Made by a program: the position numbers and the translations under genes. The notes beneath the pieces are model-generated. The model saw nothing but the letters and a program-made list of their open reading frames with translations, made no database searches and was not told where the DNA came from. A stretch of DNA of 64,000 nucleotides, from positions 1,751,149 to 1,815,148 of the forward strand of contig CP060262.1 in NCBI GenBank assembly GCA_022646745.1, in the 5' to 3' direction. The stretch comes from Planctomycetales bacterium. GTDB lineage: Bacteria > 4484-113 > JAFGCY01. Shown here piece by piece: positions 1 to 9,494 of this stretch (the stretch's first letter is position 1; the number at the start of each line of letters is the position of its first letter).

Positions 1-197
1 TCCAGCTTGTTCGTGATCTGGTCCTCCACCTCAAGCGCGGAGGCACCGGTGTAGCTGGTGCGCACGTTGTACTCGAGCGGGTCGACCTCGGGCTTGAGCT
101 GCACCGGGATCTGCATGTAGGCCAGCACGCTGAAGATCACGAGGATCATCACGCCGACGAACACGGCGTGCGGGTTGCCAATCGATGCGCGGATCAT
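1..197 (-). CDS. RND-family efflux permease (AcrB/CzcA-like), N-terminal fragment running off the window
   Basis: Reverse-strand translation from ATG 195-197 gives MIRASIGNPHAVFVGVMILVIFSVLAYMQIPVQLKPEVDPLEYNVRTSYTGASALEVEDQITNKL. This is the typical N-terminus and TM1 of HAE/HME RND pumps. The ATG overlaps the stop of the upstream adaptor gene (ATGA). Confidence 0.6.
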   Translation of the reverse strand, partial: MIRASIGNPHAVFVGVMILVIFSVLAYMQIPVQLKPEVDPLEYNVRTSYTGASALEVEDQITNKL

Positions 198-1537
198 TTC
201 GCCGCTTCACCGGAGCCAGGCGGGGACTGCTGCTGGATACGCAGCTTCGCGCCCTCGAACAGGCTCTCCTTGCCGCGGGTGACAAGCTGGTCACCGGCAC
301 TGAGATTGCCTTCCTCCAGCACCACCAGGCCGTCCACGCGCTCCCCGAGCACCACTGGAATGGTCTCGAAGCCCGGTGGATCCTCACCGCTGGACGGGGC
401 CACACGATAAACAACCTGGCCCATGCGGCTGTCGTAGGCGGCATCCTGGCTGAACAGCAGGCGCGGGGCCGGCTCGGTCAGCAGCAGGCGAGCGCGCACG
501 CTCATGCCGGGCAGCAGGCGCGCTTCGCTGGCAGTGACGCGCAGCGGGAACTGCCGGGTGCTGGGGTCAGCCGCGGCACTGATGCCGGCCACCGTGCCCA
601 GGAACACCTCATCCGGGATCGCATCGGCGCGCAGTTCGACCGCCGTGCCGTTGCCAATCACGTCGCGCTGCTGCTCCGGCAGGCTGAACCAGGCTTCCGC
701 CGGCTCACTGCTGACGAGCTCGGCAAGCGGGCTGCCGGCGTTGACATACTGGCCGACCTCCACCAGCAGCATTGTCACAGAGGCATCGAAATCGGCGGCG
801 ATGCTGCAGCGCTCAACATCAAGCGCGGCCAGCTCCTGCGCCCGGCGGGCGGATTCCACCCGGGCGGCTGCACTGTCAACCTGTTCCTGCCGCGTGCCGG
901 CCAGCAGGCGGTCCAGCACACGCTGTTCCTCTTCAAGCGCGGCCTGCGATTCACGCAGGGCATTGCGCGCCGTCACCAGCTCACTTTCGCTGACGACATT
1001 GCCGGCGCTGAGCTGCTCAAGGCGCGCCAGCCGGTCGGCGGCATCATCACGGCCGGCCTCGGCCTGCTGCACAGCGGCCTGCTGGGCGGCGATGTCCTCC
1101 GGGCGGGAGCCACTGCGGGCCTCAGCCAGCGCCAGCTCGGCCTCGTTCAGGTTTGCCTCCGCAATCGCCAGCCGGGCACGGTACTCACTGTCGTCAATCT
1201 GCACAAGCGCCCGGCCGGCGGACAGGTTGTCACCGACACGCGCGGTGATGCTGTCAATCCGGCCGCTCAGTTCGCTGGCGAGCGTCACCTTCTGCAGCGG
1301 GCGCATCTCGCCGATCAGTTCGATGGCGGGGGCGTAAGCCAGCTCCTGCACAGTCGTTGTCTTCACGTTGACAGGCGGAGGTCCGGATGATGCACCGCCA
1401 CCTCCTCCACCTGAAGAGGGTGCTGGATCCTCATTGCATGCAGTGGCCAGCAGGCAGGCAAGCATTGCCAGTACGGACAGGATTGGCAGCCGGGCATACC
1501 CGGGGGGGCATGCCGGCCGGATGCGTCGCATGCGCAT
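194..1537 (-). CDS. Efflux RND periplasmic adaptor subunit (HlyD/membrane-fusion protein family), probable lipoprotein
   Basis: 495-aa ORF in the track. The likely true start is MRMRRIRPAC... (ATG 1535-1537), followed by a hydrophobic signal (LAMLACLLATAC). Coiled-coil hairpin and beta-barrel/lipoyl-like segments are typical of membrane-fusion proteins. It lies immediately upstream of the RND pump. Confidence 0.75.
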   Translation of the reverse strand: MRMRRIRPACPPGYARLPILSVLAMLACLLATACNEDPAPSSGGGGGGASSGPPPVNVKTTTVQELAYAPAIELIGEMRPLQKVTLASELSGRIDSITARVGDNLSAGRALVQIDDSEYRARLAIAEANLNEAELALAEARSGSRPEDIAAQQAAVQQAEAGRDDAADRLARLEQLSAGNVVSESELVTARNALRESQAALEEEQRVLDRLLAGTRQEQVDSAAARVESARRAQELAALDVERCSIAADFDASVTMLLVEVGQYVNAGSPLAELVSSEPAEAWFSLPEQQRDVIGNGTAVELRADAIPDEVFLGTVAGISAAADPSTRQFPLRVTASEARLLPGMSVRARLLLTEPAPRLLFSQDAAYDSRMGQVVYRVAPSSGEDPPGFETIPVVLGERVDGLVVLEEGNLSAGDQLVTRGKESLFEGAKLRIQQQSPPGSGEAAK

Positions 1538-1733
1538 GGGCCTTCCTCGGGGCGGTGCGGGGAACTGCTGCACCGCGGACTCAACCAGTTGTATCAGCTG
1601 CATGTCCGGCCAGCAGCCAGGCAGCTGAGACTTGCCCGGGCTGGAATAGTCTGAGTATAGCCTGCTGTTGACTGGCGGCAATCACTGCGGCAGGGCGCAA
1701 ACTGTGTGATTTCTGTGGCGAAATGAGACTGGC

Positions 1734-2354
1734 TCAGCCCACCAGGCGCTGCCAGCAGGCCTGGTCCTGCGCGCCATACTCCCGCAGAAGTGCAATCACG
1801 TCATCGTCCGTTGCCAGCTGCAGTGGTGTGCGGCTGTGGTAAGCGCTGCCCTCCACCTGTGCACCATTGCGCAGCAGCAGTTCCACGATGCGGATGTCGC
1901 CATTGGCCGCCGAGACGGAAAGAGCGGTGTTGCCATCGTGGTCTGCGGTGTCAACCGGAGCTTCGTGCTCCAGCAGCAGTCGCACGATGGTTTCATTGCG
2001 CCGCATGGCCGCCAGCAGCAGCGGGCTGCGGCCCTCGCCGTCGCGTGATTCCACCATCCGCGGGCTGCGCACCAGCTGCCGCACCCGTGGCAGGTGCTCA
2101 ATCCAGACCATGATGTGCAGCACGCTGCCATCCTCATCCAGCACCTCGCCCAGTTCAGCGCCATGGTGCAAAAGGAAGCGGGCCGCCTTCGCGCAGTCGT
2201 GCAGCACGGCGGTCAGGAAGGGGGTCATGCCGGTGCGGTCCCGGCAATTGATGTCCACGCCGTTGCTGATCAGCTCGCGCAGCAGCGGCAGGTCGCCGGC
2301 AGCGCTGGCGGAGAACATGCGTTGTTGCAGGTCGAAATACAGCATATCCATCAC
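1734..2354 (-). CDS. Ankyrin-repeat protein (about 5 ANK repeats), no signal peptide
   Basis: Repeated G-TPLh-A...GH...V..LL..GA motifs (GMTPFLTAVLHDCAKAARFLLHHGA, GRSPLLLAAMRRNETIVRLLLEHEA, GNTALSVSAANGDIRIVELLLRNGA). Confidence 0.75.
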   Translation of the reverse strand: MMDMLYFDLQQRMFSASAAGDLPLLRELISNGVDINCRDRTGMTPFLTAVLHDCAKAARFLLHHGAELGEVLDEDGSVLHIMVWIEHLPRVRQLVRSPRMVESRDGEGRSPLLLAAMRRNETIVRLLLEHEAPVDTADHDGNTALSVSAANGDIRIVELLLRNGAQVEGSAYHSRTPLQLATDDDVIALLREYGAQDQACWQRLVG

Positions 2355-2714
2355 GGTCTCAACCCTCCGTTTGGAACTGCAGCCTGAGTTGAGTTGATTA
2401 TAACGTGATCAGTTTGATGAATCAGTGGGGATTCAGTTAAGGCCAGACCCTTCTGCATTCTCCGGAGTGCTGAATGTTTCCGCACCAATACATGCCGGGA
2501 TAGAGGTACATGTGCCTGCAGGATGGACACAGGCCCTGGAGTTCCTGCAGCTCATCCTGCATAGGAGTTGCAAATGTGAAGGCGGAAGCTCCGGTTGTAG
2601 TGAATGTAATCGGACTCATCAGGCCAAGCAGCAGGACCACAGTTGCTGTCCCCAGGCGCTGGCCGAGTCGACGATATGTCTGCATCAACTGGATTCTAAC
2701 ACTGCTGAGGTGGT

Positions 2715-3311
2715 TCAGCGTGGCGGGTAAGGCACATCCGGCCGGCTGCCGGCGCAGGCTGCACCCATTTTTGAGGGTGGATTGAGCTGCTCCAGTGGTT
2801 CATCGGGAGCTTTCGCGTCCAGCAGGCTGTCCGGGTCCAGCAGCGGCAGGCCCCCCGGTTCGATGCTCAGGCGCAATTGCCCTGTCAGCTCAACCCAGCG
2901 ATCCTGCTGCAGGCTGCCAGTGTCATCCGGCAAGGTTCCAAGGGCAATCACGGCCGGGACGCTGTGACCGGGGCAGCAGTCCACCACATAGCGGTACAGC
3001 ACGTAGTCGCCCGGCTGGGGTGCCCCGGCGGACTGGGGCAGCCATTGTTCGCTGCCGTCACAGCGGTGCAGGCGGCCGGTGATCCGTACATTGCGGGCCG
3101 GACCGACGGCAGACCAGGAGTAGACCGTTGCGAAACCGACATCGAGGTATTCAGCCTGCTGTCCCGAGTCAACAGCGGATACTGCATCGGTGGTATCCAC
3201 ACTTCCGTCAGCTTCCACGTTGTTGCGTGTACAGGCGGCACAAAGCAGGATGGCCAGTCCGACCAGGATGGCGGGTTTGATTCGATGCAGCAGGCTCGGT
3301 GACATATTCAT
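2715..3311 (-). CDS. Hypothetical lipoprotein (198 aa)
   Basis: Internal start MNMSPSLLHRIKPAILVGLAILLCAAC (ATG 3309-3311) with lipobox LLCAAC. The 405-aa track ORF 2715..3932 is an antisense 5' extension across the + strand gene at 3393. Confidence 0.55.
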   Translation of the reverse strand: MNMSPSLLHRIKPAILVGLAILLCAACTRNNVEADGSVDTTDAVSAVDSGQQAEYLDVGFATVYSWSAVGPARNVRITGRLHRCDGSEQWLPQSAGAPQPGDYVLYRYVVDCCPGHSVPAVIALGTLPDDTGSLQQDRWVELTGQLRLSIEPGGLPLLDPDSLLDAKAPDEPLEQLNPPSKMGAACAGSRPDVPYPPR

Positions 3312-3392
3312 TAATGTATCCGACCAGCCGCTGCACGCAGGCCACGGGGCAGGGCGGCGGTGATAAAATCGTGCCCTTAACGGAGGAAGGAA

Positions 3393-4061
3393 ATGCGTAT
3401 TCTCGCAAGCACACTGTTCATCCTGCTGCTGCTGGCCGGCAGCGCCATGGCCCAGATGTCCGACGACGACTATGTGGACCATTACTTCGGCACGCAGCTG
3501 CTGATCACCACCCAGGAGCGTCCCTACAACTATGACGCGGGAGAGTGGTGGGGCCAGTCCCTGCCCATGCAGCTGACTGACTACGACAACAGCTACCTGG
3601 CCGGCGTGGTGAATGCCGGCCGCATCGCCAAGGGCGACGAGAACCTGTTGAATGACCCAAACGGCGTCCTGTTGCTCGGCTACGAGATCGAGACGGAGGG
3701 CGGCTACCAGTACGACATCAGCTTCCGCGGCATCCGCCCGAGCGAGGTGAAGATCCTGCTCAAGGCGCTGTCCATGCCCGACAGCGTGCTGGCCGGAGCG
3801 CAGGTGGAGTACATGCCGCTGATGACCACCACCTTTGGCTACTACGGCAGCATGGAGGAGGAGCCGCAGATGATCACGATCGGTGACATGAGCTTCCCGC
3901 TTGAGCTGGACATGGCGGCCAGCGGCCTGCACGATACGTTCGTGGAGATGTTCAGGAAGAGCCTTGGCAAGGAAGTGATGATCGACATCTACTACGGCCA
4001 GAGCCTCGGACAGTATGGCAATTCCTGTGACCTGACCGTCACGGCGACCATTAACGAATAG
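3393..4061 (+). CDS. Secreted hypothetical protein (signal peptide MRILASTLFILLLLAGSAMA)
   Basis: RBS AGGAAG upstream, N-terminal signal peptide, protein-like composition. Tandem with the next gene (18-bp gap). Confidence 0.6.
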   Translation: MRILASTLFILLLLAGSAMAQMSDDDYVDHYFGTQLLITTQERPYNYDAGEWWGQSLPMQLTDYDNSYLAGVVNAGRIAKGDENLLNDPNGVLLLGYEIETEGGYQYDISFRGIRPSEVKILLKALSMPDSVLAGAQVEYMPLMTTTFGYYGSMEEEPQMITIGDMSFPLELDMAASGLHDTFVEMFRKSLGKEVMIDIYYGQSLGQYGNSCDLTVTATINE

Positions 4062-4079
4062 TCCCGGACTGGCTTCATT

Positions 4080-5291
4080 ATGAGCAAGAAGGAAAGCAAA
4101 GCGGCGCTGAAGCTCGCCCCGGAGGCCCTGTTCATCTTCGGGCTGGTGGCGGTCGTCGGCTGGTATGCGGCCTGGCGGATCTTCAACCCGCCCGTGAGCA
4201 CAGGTACCTCGCAGTCCGAGCAGCAGGCGGAGCAGGCGCTGAAGGACCTCGAGAAGCAGCTGGAGCAGAAGCCCGTGCTGGATTCCCCGGTGCGTGATGA
4301 ACTGGCTGAGTTCTACCAGCGCCTGGCTGAAGTCGCCCCGACCTATGTCACACGCGAGGCGCAGTGCCCGCTGGACAATTCACCGCTGGAGCTGCCGGTC
4401 TCGAAGATCAATGAGGCCGGCCAGCGGATGGACAACTCGGTCGGCGGCATCGCTTCGGACTTCATGAAGATCGCGGTCGGTCCGCCTGCAGGCAGCACTG
4501 CAATGCCGGATGTTCTGGTGCAGCAGTGGGAACAGCTGCCGGTGACCTGCCCGAGCTGCCTCAACACCTACCAGGAGCAGGACCTCAACAACCTGCGCTG
4601 GCCGGAACGCCTGGCGCAGCTGCGGGAGAACTGGGACCTTACGAAGCTCAGTCCTGCCCTCGCTGCCATTGACTCCACAGAGTGGACACCGGACCTGGTG
4701 CAGTTTGACCATTACCTCTCCACCAGTGCTGCAGGGACGGAGCATATCGAGCGCGGCTGGACCGCACTGAGCGGGGCCTACGCCTCGAACTTCTCCGTCT
4801 GGTCCGGTGAGCATGGCTATTACATCCCGGCGGCGGCCTTCTATGCGCTGGCTGCCTCGGAATTCCAGACAGCGATCGACCTTGACTGGGAGGGCCTGCC
4901 GGACAAGAGCAAGGCCGAGACCGTGATGGCGCTCCTGGTCTGCCAGCGCTTGCTGGGCCGCGCGGATGACGCCAGGGCAACGATCGAGCTGGCCCGGCAG
5001 GTGGTGCAGAACGAGCCTGCAATGCTGCCCGCGCTCGAGATGGAGGAGCAGTACCTGAACGAGGGCCGCTTCTCACTGGAGCGGGTCAACCTCGAGAACC
5101 GTCCGGCACCGCCGATCGGCTGGCAGCTCGACCTGATGCTGCCTGCGATGAACGGACATATCAGCGAGTTCCGCGAGCAGTGGGCCGTACTGCGCTCAAC
5201 TGACGAGATCGTGGCTGCAATCAACGAGCGGATTGCTGCGGTTGAGGCACAGAATTCAGGTTCCGGCGAGGACAAGGGCTGGAACCAGTAG
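4080..5291 (+). CDS. N-terminally membrane-anchored hypothetical protein (403 aa)
   Basis: N-terminal TM helix (ALFIFGLVAVVGWYAAW), then a coiled-coil segment and a large soluble domain. No recognised family. Confidence 0.6.
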   Translation: MSKKESKAALKLAPEALFIFGLVAVVGWYAAWRIFNPPVSTGTSQSEQQAEQALKDLEKQLEQKPVLDSPVRDELAEFYQRLAEVAPTYVTREAQCPLDNSPLELPVSKINEAGQRMDNSVGGIASDFMKIAVGPPAGSTAMPDVLVQQWEQLPVTCPSCLNTYQEQDLNNLRWPERLAQLRENWDLTKLSPALAAIDSTEWTPDLVQFDHYLSTSAAGTEHIERGWTALSGAYASNFSVWSGEHGYYIPAAAFYALAASEFQTAIDLDWEGLPDKSKAETVMALLVCQRLLGRADDARATIELARQVVQNEPAMLPALEMEEQYLNEGRFSLERVNLENRPAPPIGWQLDLMLPAMNGHISEFREQWAVLRSTDEIVAAINERIAAVEAQNSGSGEDKGWNQ

Positions 5292-5349
5292 GCACATGGC
5301 GGCCAGGCCGCTGGTGCTAGAATCGGATGTTCAGGAGGACTAGGAAGGC

Positions 5350-6396
5350 ATGAAATTTCTCAAGGCACTGTGCGAGACCCCCGGCATTCCCGGACGCGAG
5401 GAGCGCGTCCGCGAGCTGCTGCAGAAGCATACCGAGGGCTGGTGGGACAGCAGCGAGGTCGACCGCGTTGGCAACCTGTGGGGCCGCCTGAAGGCGTCCA
5501 CCCCCAACTGCGGTGACGAGAAGAGCGTCGTGATCGCCTGCCACATGGACCAGATCGGTTTCTATGTGCGCCACGTGGACGATGAGGGCTTCCTGCGCAT
5601 CCAGCAGGCCGGCGGTTTTGACACCCGCAACCTGTTCGCCCGCCGCGTGCTGGTGATGACCAGCAAGGGCGGTGACATCGTCGGCATCCTCAACCCGGCC
5701 ACCAAGCCGGTGCACGTCGCCTCTCCCGAGGAGCGCAAGAAGATCCCCGACGTTTCCGAGTTCGTGATCGACACCGGCCTCTCCAAGGAGAAGATAAAGG
5801 AAATCGTGCGCCCCGGTGACCCGGTGGTGCTGGAGCAGACCACGATCGAAATGGGCGACCACGTCTGCGGGCAGTGCATGGACAACCGCATCAGCCAGTG
5901 GGTCGCGCTCAACGCCATCGAGAAGGCGAAGGGCAAGACGGTGTATGACATCGACTGGGTGGGCACAGTGCAGGAGGAGGTCGGCCTGCGTGGCGCGACC
6001 GTCGCGGCCCAGACCAGCAAGGCCGATGTCGGCATCGCAATCGACGTCACGCTCGCCGTGGACACCCCCGGCATCAGCAAAGAGGAGGGCATCACCCGCC
6101 TCGGCAACGGCGTGGCCATCAAGGTGATGGACAGCTCGGCGATCAGCGACCGCTCACTGTTTGAAGAGTTCGTCGCACTTGCCGAAAGAAATAACATCAA
6201 GTACCAGTACGAGGTACTGCCGCTGGGTGGCACGGACGCCGCCGCCCTGCAGCGATTCGGACCGGGAAGGCGTGCGATATGCCTGTCAGTCCCCTGCCGC
6301 TACGTGCATACGGTGGTGGAAACCGTGCACAAGGATGACCTGAACGCGGCGGTGGACCTGCTGGCTGCATGGCTGACGACGGATTCCGGCCGCTGA
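5350..6396 (+). CDS. M42 family metallopeptidase (glutamyl aminopeptidase/FrvX/CelM-like)
   Basis: N-terminal MKFLKALCETPGIPGRE, a CHMDQIGF-type motif and GGTDA... metal-ligand segments characteristic of M42/M20 peptidases. Confidence 0.8.
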   Translation: MKFLKALCETPGIPGREERVRELLQKHTEGWWDSSEVDRVGNLWGRLKASTPNCGDEKSVVIACHMDQIGFYVRHVDDEGFLRIQQAGGFDTRNLFARRVLVMTSKGGDIVGILNPATKPVHVASPEERKKIPDVSEFVIDTGLSKEKIKEIVRPGDPVVLEQTTIEMGDHVCGQCMDNRISQWVALNAIEKAKGKTVYDIDWVGTVQEEVGLRGATVAAQTSKADVGIAIDVTLAVDTPGISKEEGITRLGNGVAIKVMDSSAISDRSLFEEFVALAERNNIKYQYEVLPLGGTDAAALQRFGPGRRAICLSVPCRYVHTVVETVHKDDLNAAVDLLAAWLTTDSGR

Positions 6397-6478
6397 TACT
6401 GAATGGAAACGGTGCGCGGCACCGTCTGGATTAGAGAGGAGGACCGCTGCCCACGGGTGGCGGAGCGAGGGCAACAAC

Positions 6479-8029
6479 ATGACAGGAAAGGAGCTGGCCT
6501 CCTATTACCGGGCTGCGGTAGAGTACATCGACCCGCGGCTGCGGGATGACTGTCCCGTCGAGGACATCTGTGCCGCCGCCAAGGCGCGCCAGCATGCGCT
6601 GCGCGCACATGACAGCGACACCGCCCGCCTGGAGCTCGAGAAGATTGAGGAGGCCCTGCAGTTCATCCAGCGTGTGCACCCGGATGTGGTCGATATCTGC
6701 CGGGAGCAGGTGACTGCGGAATATGCCGCAGAAGTTGAACCAGCGTTGGATCTTGCGCATATTGCCCAGTCTGAACCGGAAGTGCAGGATGCCAGCCAGC
6801 TGGTCGCGGATTTCCATGCGGAGGAAGCAATACAGCCTGCCGTGGAAACCGACGAGGCCTCCCTAGTTGACAACTCCGTTGCCGCGCCGGCTGAACGCGA
6901 TGACTACGCCGGTGTGCTGCTGAGCGGCACGACTGCGGATCCCGCGGAAGACGAAATGGTCGAGCTCGTGCTCGGTTCCGGCAGCCATTTCGAGGCGGCA
7001 GTGGAATCCGCAACTGAACTGGAGACAGCAACGGCGGATGAACCGGAACCGGAAGCCATCAGTATTGATTTCGCCGCTGAGCCGCAGGTCATCCAGCCGG
7101 AATCCGTGCTGGAAATTGACGACGCGATTGCTTCCAGTATTGACAACGAAGCTGAAGCAGAATCAGGCGATGCCGGCAGCGAGCTGGCCGCCGCCATGGC
7201 TGCCTCGCGTGAGCATGTGGAAGTGCCGAGCCGCCACCAGTTCATCGCTGAACTGCGAGAGCGCCGCCTCAGCAGCCAGCATGAACTGGCCGCAGAGGAA
7301 GCCGAGCAGGTCATTTCCGAACTGCGTGAGGAGCAGCACAGCGAGGAGCGCGTCAGCGAGCTGATCAGCCGCGTGCCTGATGTCAGTGAACGCATGGAAC
7401 AGGAGCTGCAGCAGGAAGAGCAGACCAGCCGCCCGCTGGACTTCCGCAGCCTGATGTCACGCGCCGGTGCCAACCCGTCGCTGAAGGTCCGCCCAGCCAG
7501 CCGTCCGCGCCTGAAGACCGAGGAAATCCTCGGGCGGGAGAGGCCGGCGCGCCGGATCCCGGAGGAACACGCTGCTCCGATCCTGCTTGGGATGCTCATG
7601 ATCCTGTGGCAATTCAGTGCTGCGCTGCTGGCCGGATTTGCGCTCAGCCGTGCACTGGTCTGGCATTTCGGCACAGCCTTCTCATCCATGACCCCAATCA
7701 AGGCATTATTCACCTGCCTGGTAGGCCTCGGTACGGCCGCCCTGATCGGCGCCGGATTCCGCTATTACCGCCTGCGCAGCCACCGGCTGTCCCTGCCGGT
7801 GCACGTCAGTGCGCTGTCCATCGTGATGCTGCTGCTGTCCTGGCAGTTCAGCGCGAATGCCAACGCCTATGCCAGCGGCCCGCCGTTATGGCTGTGGTGC
7901 ATGCTGTTCGCCGCCTGGCTGGTTGCCACAATCGCCGCCGGACTGCACGACCTGCGTGTGCCGCCTGTCTCTCGTGATCCGGAATCGGAAGTGGTAGCTG
8001 CCAAGCCTGCGGTACCGCTTGCCAACTGA
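6479..8029 (+). CDS. Acidic (E/A/D-rich) protein with C-terminal multi-TM anchor, hypothetical
   Basis: 516-aa ORF. The N-terminal ~350 aa are highly acidic and low-complexity. The C-terminal ~150 aa contain 3-4 hydrophobic helices (ILLGMLMILWQFSAALLAGFAL..., ALFTCLVGLGTAALIGAGF..., LSIVMLLLSWQF..., LWLWCMLFAAWLVATIAAGL). Confidence 0.6.
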   Translation: MTGKELASYYRAAVEYIDPRLRDDCPVEDICAAAKARQHALRAHDSDTARLELEKIEEALQFIQRVHPDVVDICREQVTAEYAAEVEPALDLAHIAQSEPEVQDASQLVADFHAEEAIQPAVETDEASLVDNSVAAPAERDDYAGVLLSGTTADPAEDEMVELVLGSGSHFEAAVESATELETATADEPEPEAISIDFAAEPQVIQPESVLEIDDAIASSIDNEAEAESGDAGSELAAAMAASREHVEVPSRHQFIAELRERRLSSQHELAAEEAEQVISELREEQHSEERVSELISRVPDVSERMEQELQQEEQTSRPLDFRSLMSRAGANPSLKVRPASRPRLKTEEILGRERPARRIPEEHAAPILLGMLMILWQFSAALLAGFALSRALVWHFGTAFSSMTPIKALFTCLVGLGTAALIGAGFRYYRLRSHRLSLPVHVSALSIVMLLLSWQFSANANAYASGPPLWLWCMLFAAWLVATIAAGLHDLRVPPVSRDPESEVVAAKPAVPLAN

Positions 8030-8526
8030 GATTTCCACCGATTCAACTGAGATATTCCGAAAATTCTCGAAATTTCTTTAGCCCTGTCCAGCACAGGGCT
8101 CAACGCATTCCGGTGCGGTGATTTTGCAGGATTTCGTTGCCATTTGGGGAACAAAGCAGCCAGGCTGCTCGTCTATCTGCCCGTGATGGGGTTCCTCCCC
8201 AGTCACGGAAAACAGAGTCGGATTGCCAAGTTATGCAACCGTATAGGAGGCAATGGATGACGGAGAAGGATGATAAGCCGCGAGAACCGCGCATGCTGCC
8301 AGGGAGCACTGGCAGCGACCGTGATCCGGGATGCGTCCCGTTGACACGGTACCCGGGCTGTACCAGCCAGGCCACACGCACCGACGGCCTGTAGCGACCA
8401 CGGACTGCAGCCCTGACCTGATTCACTGAACCACGGCCGTGCGTGCACGGCAAGCCACGGGCTCAGTGCATCCCATACCAAGCTTTGCAGCGGCGCTGCC
8501 GACTGTGGCCGCCGCGAGGAGGAAAC

Positions 8527-8610
8527 ATGCTGGTCATGCTCGCATTGATACTGACAACGCTCTGGGTCCTGGCAATGCTGCCTGGGACCGTGCCACAGAC
8601 ACGCTTCTGA
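8527..8610 (+). CDS. Candidate 27-aa hydrophobic micro-peptide (MLVMLALILTTLWVLAMLPGTVPQTRF)
   Basis: Near-consensus SD GAGGAGGAAAC sits immediately before the ATG. A single TM-like helix. Not in the ORF track because of its length. Confidence 0.25.
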   Translation: MLVMLALILTTLWVLAMLPGTVPQTRF

Positions 8611-8699
8611 TCCGGGACCACCGGGCAGGCACAGGAATCTCATTCATCCGGTGGCTGGATCACCGGAACAGGGACCGGTTTGGTCCACGGGAGGAAACA

Positions 8700-9116
8700 A
8701 TGTACTACCTTGACAACAACAACAATGACAACATCAACAGCTGGCAGAACCATGGCCTCGACAATGAGGACCGTGACGGCGCGCAGTTCGGAGAGGACGT
8801 GCGCTACAGCATTGACAACGGGCAGGAGAGCCTGGAGTCAGCCTGGAAGTCACGGATGGCCGAGATCGACGGCTACATCACCCAGTTCATGCATGAGGCC
8901 GATGAGCTCTCCGAGGAGATGATCGATGACCTCAGCCACAACTTCAGCGAGTGGTGGGAGAAGCAGCCGATGTCCGACAAGGTCCGTGCCGAGTGGCAGA
9001 AGGCCAGGGCAGACGGCAAGGTGGTGCGGGCCCGCATGGAGCAGCGCCTGACGCACCTGGTTGAGGATGGCAAGCTCAAGTGGAAGGAATGGACCCGCCG
9101 CAACGGCGCCGGATAG
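8700..9116 (+). CDS. Small soluble protein, paralog A of a 3-member family (138 aa)
   Basis: RBS GGGAGGAAACA before ATG 8700. The C-terminal region (RAEWQKARADGKVVRARMEQRLTHLVEDGKLKW) aligns with the proteins at 9763 and 10131. Confidence 0.6.
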   Translation: MYYLDNNNNDNINSWQNHGLDNEDRDGAQFGEDVRYSIDNGQESLESAWKSRMAEIDGYITQFMHEADELSEEMIDDLSHNFSEWWEKQPMSDKVRAEWQKARADGKVVRARMEQRLTHLVEDGKLKWKEWTRRNGAG

Positions 9117-9186
9117 GCGACCCCGCGCAGCATCCACTGACAAGCACTGACTGGGCGGCCGCCGTGCGACCGCCGGGAGAAATCCA

Positions 9187-9339
9187 ATGCTTTACACCAT
9201 CGCCGTAATCCTGATCATCCTCTGGCTGCTGGGACTCGTCGGGTTCCCGACCATCGGAGGCTTCATCCACATCCTGCTGGTGATCGCAATCATCATGATC
9301 CTCGTGAACATCATCAGTGGACGCCGCGCGATCCTCTAG
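9187..9339 (+). CDS. lmo0937-family micro-membrane protein (50 aa), copy 1
   Basis: MLYTIAVILIILWLLGLVGFPTIGGFIHILLVIAIIMILVNIISGRRAIL with RBS GGGAGA. Matches the widespread ~50-aa lmo0937-type two-helix peptide pattern (…ILWLLG…HILLVIAI…GRR). Confidence 0.7.
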   Translation: MLYTIAVILIILWLLGLVGFPTIGGFIHILLVIAIIMILVNIISGRRAIL

Positions 9340-9494
9340 GAACACCACTGCATTCCATCCTGTGCGGGAGGTGCCCACGGCCTGGTGGCCCCTCCCCCCA
9401 ATGATGCCAACGAACTACACCATCCGGTCCCGCTGCCCTGCAGCGGGGCCGGGAATAAACCAAACCAACCTGTCCGGTTGAAGTGAGGAGAACA

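Noticed and set aside
2437-2688. 83-aa minus-strand ORF with a signal-peptide-like N-terminus in the ankyrin/lipoprotein intergenic gap
   Set aside because: No SD, lower GC than coding average, and overlapping alternative ORFs on both strands. Kept only as a weak possibility.
2715-3932. 405-aa minus-strand ORF in the track
   Set aside because: Only the 3' 198 codons (from MNMSPSLL…, lipobox) look protein-like. The 5' 207 codons are antisense to the well-supported + strand secreted-protein gene (3393-4061) and consist of Ala/Gly/His/Val-rich high-GC filler.
6479-6700. J-domain call for the N-terminus of the acidic membrane protein (contains HPD in RVHPDVV)
   Set aside because: The flanking helices do not match the J-domain helix II/III pattern (no KAYRKLA-type helix before HPD).
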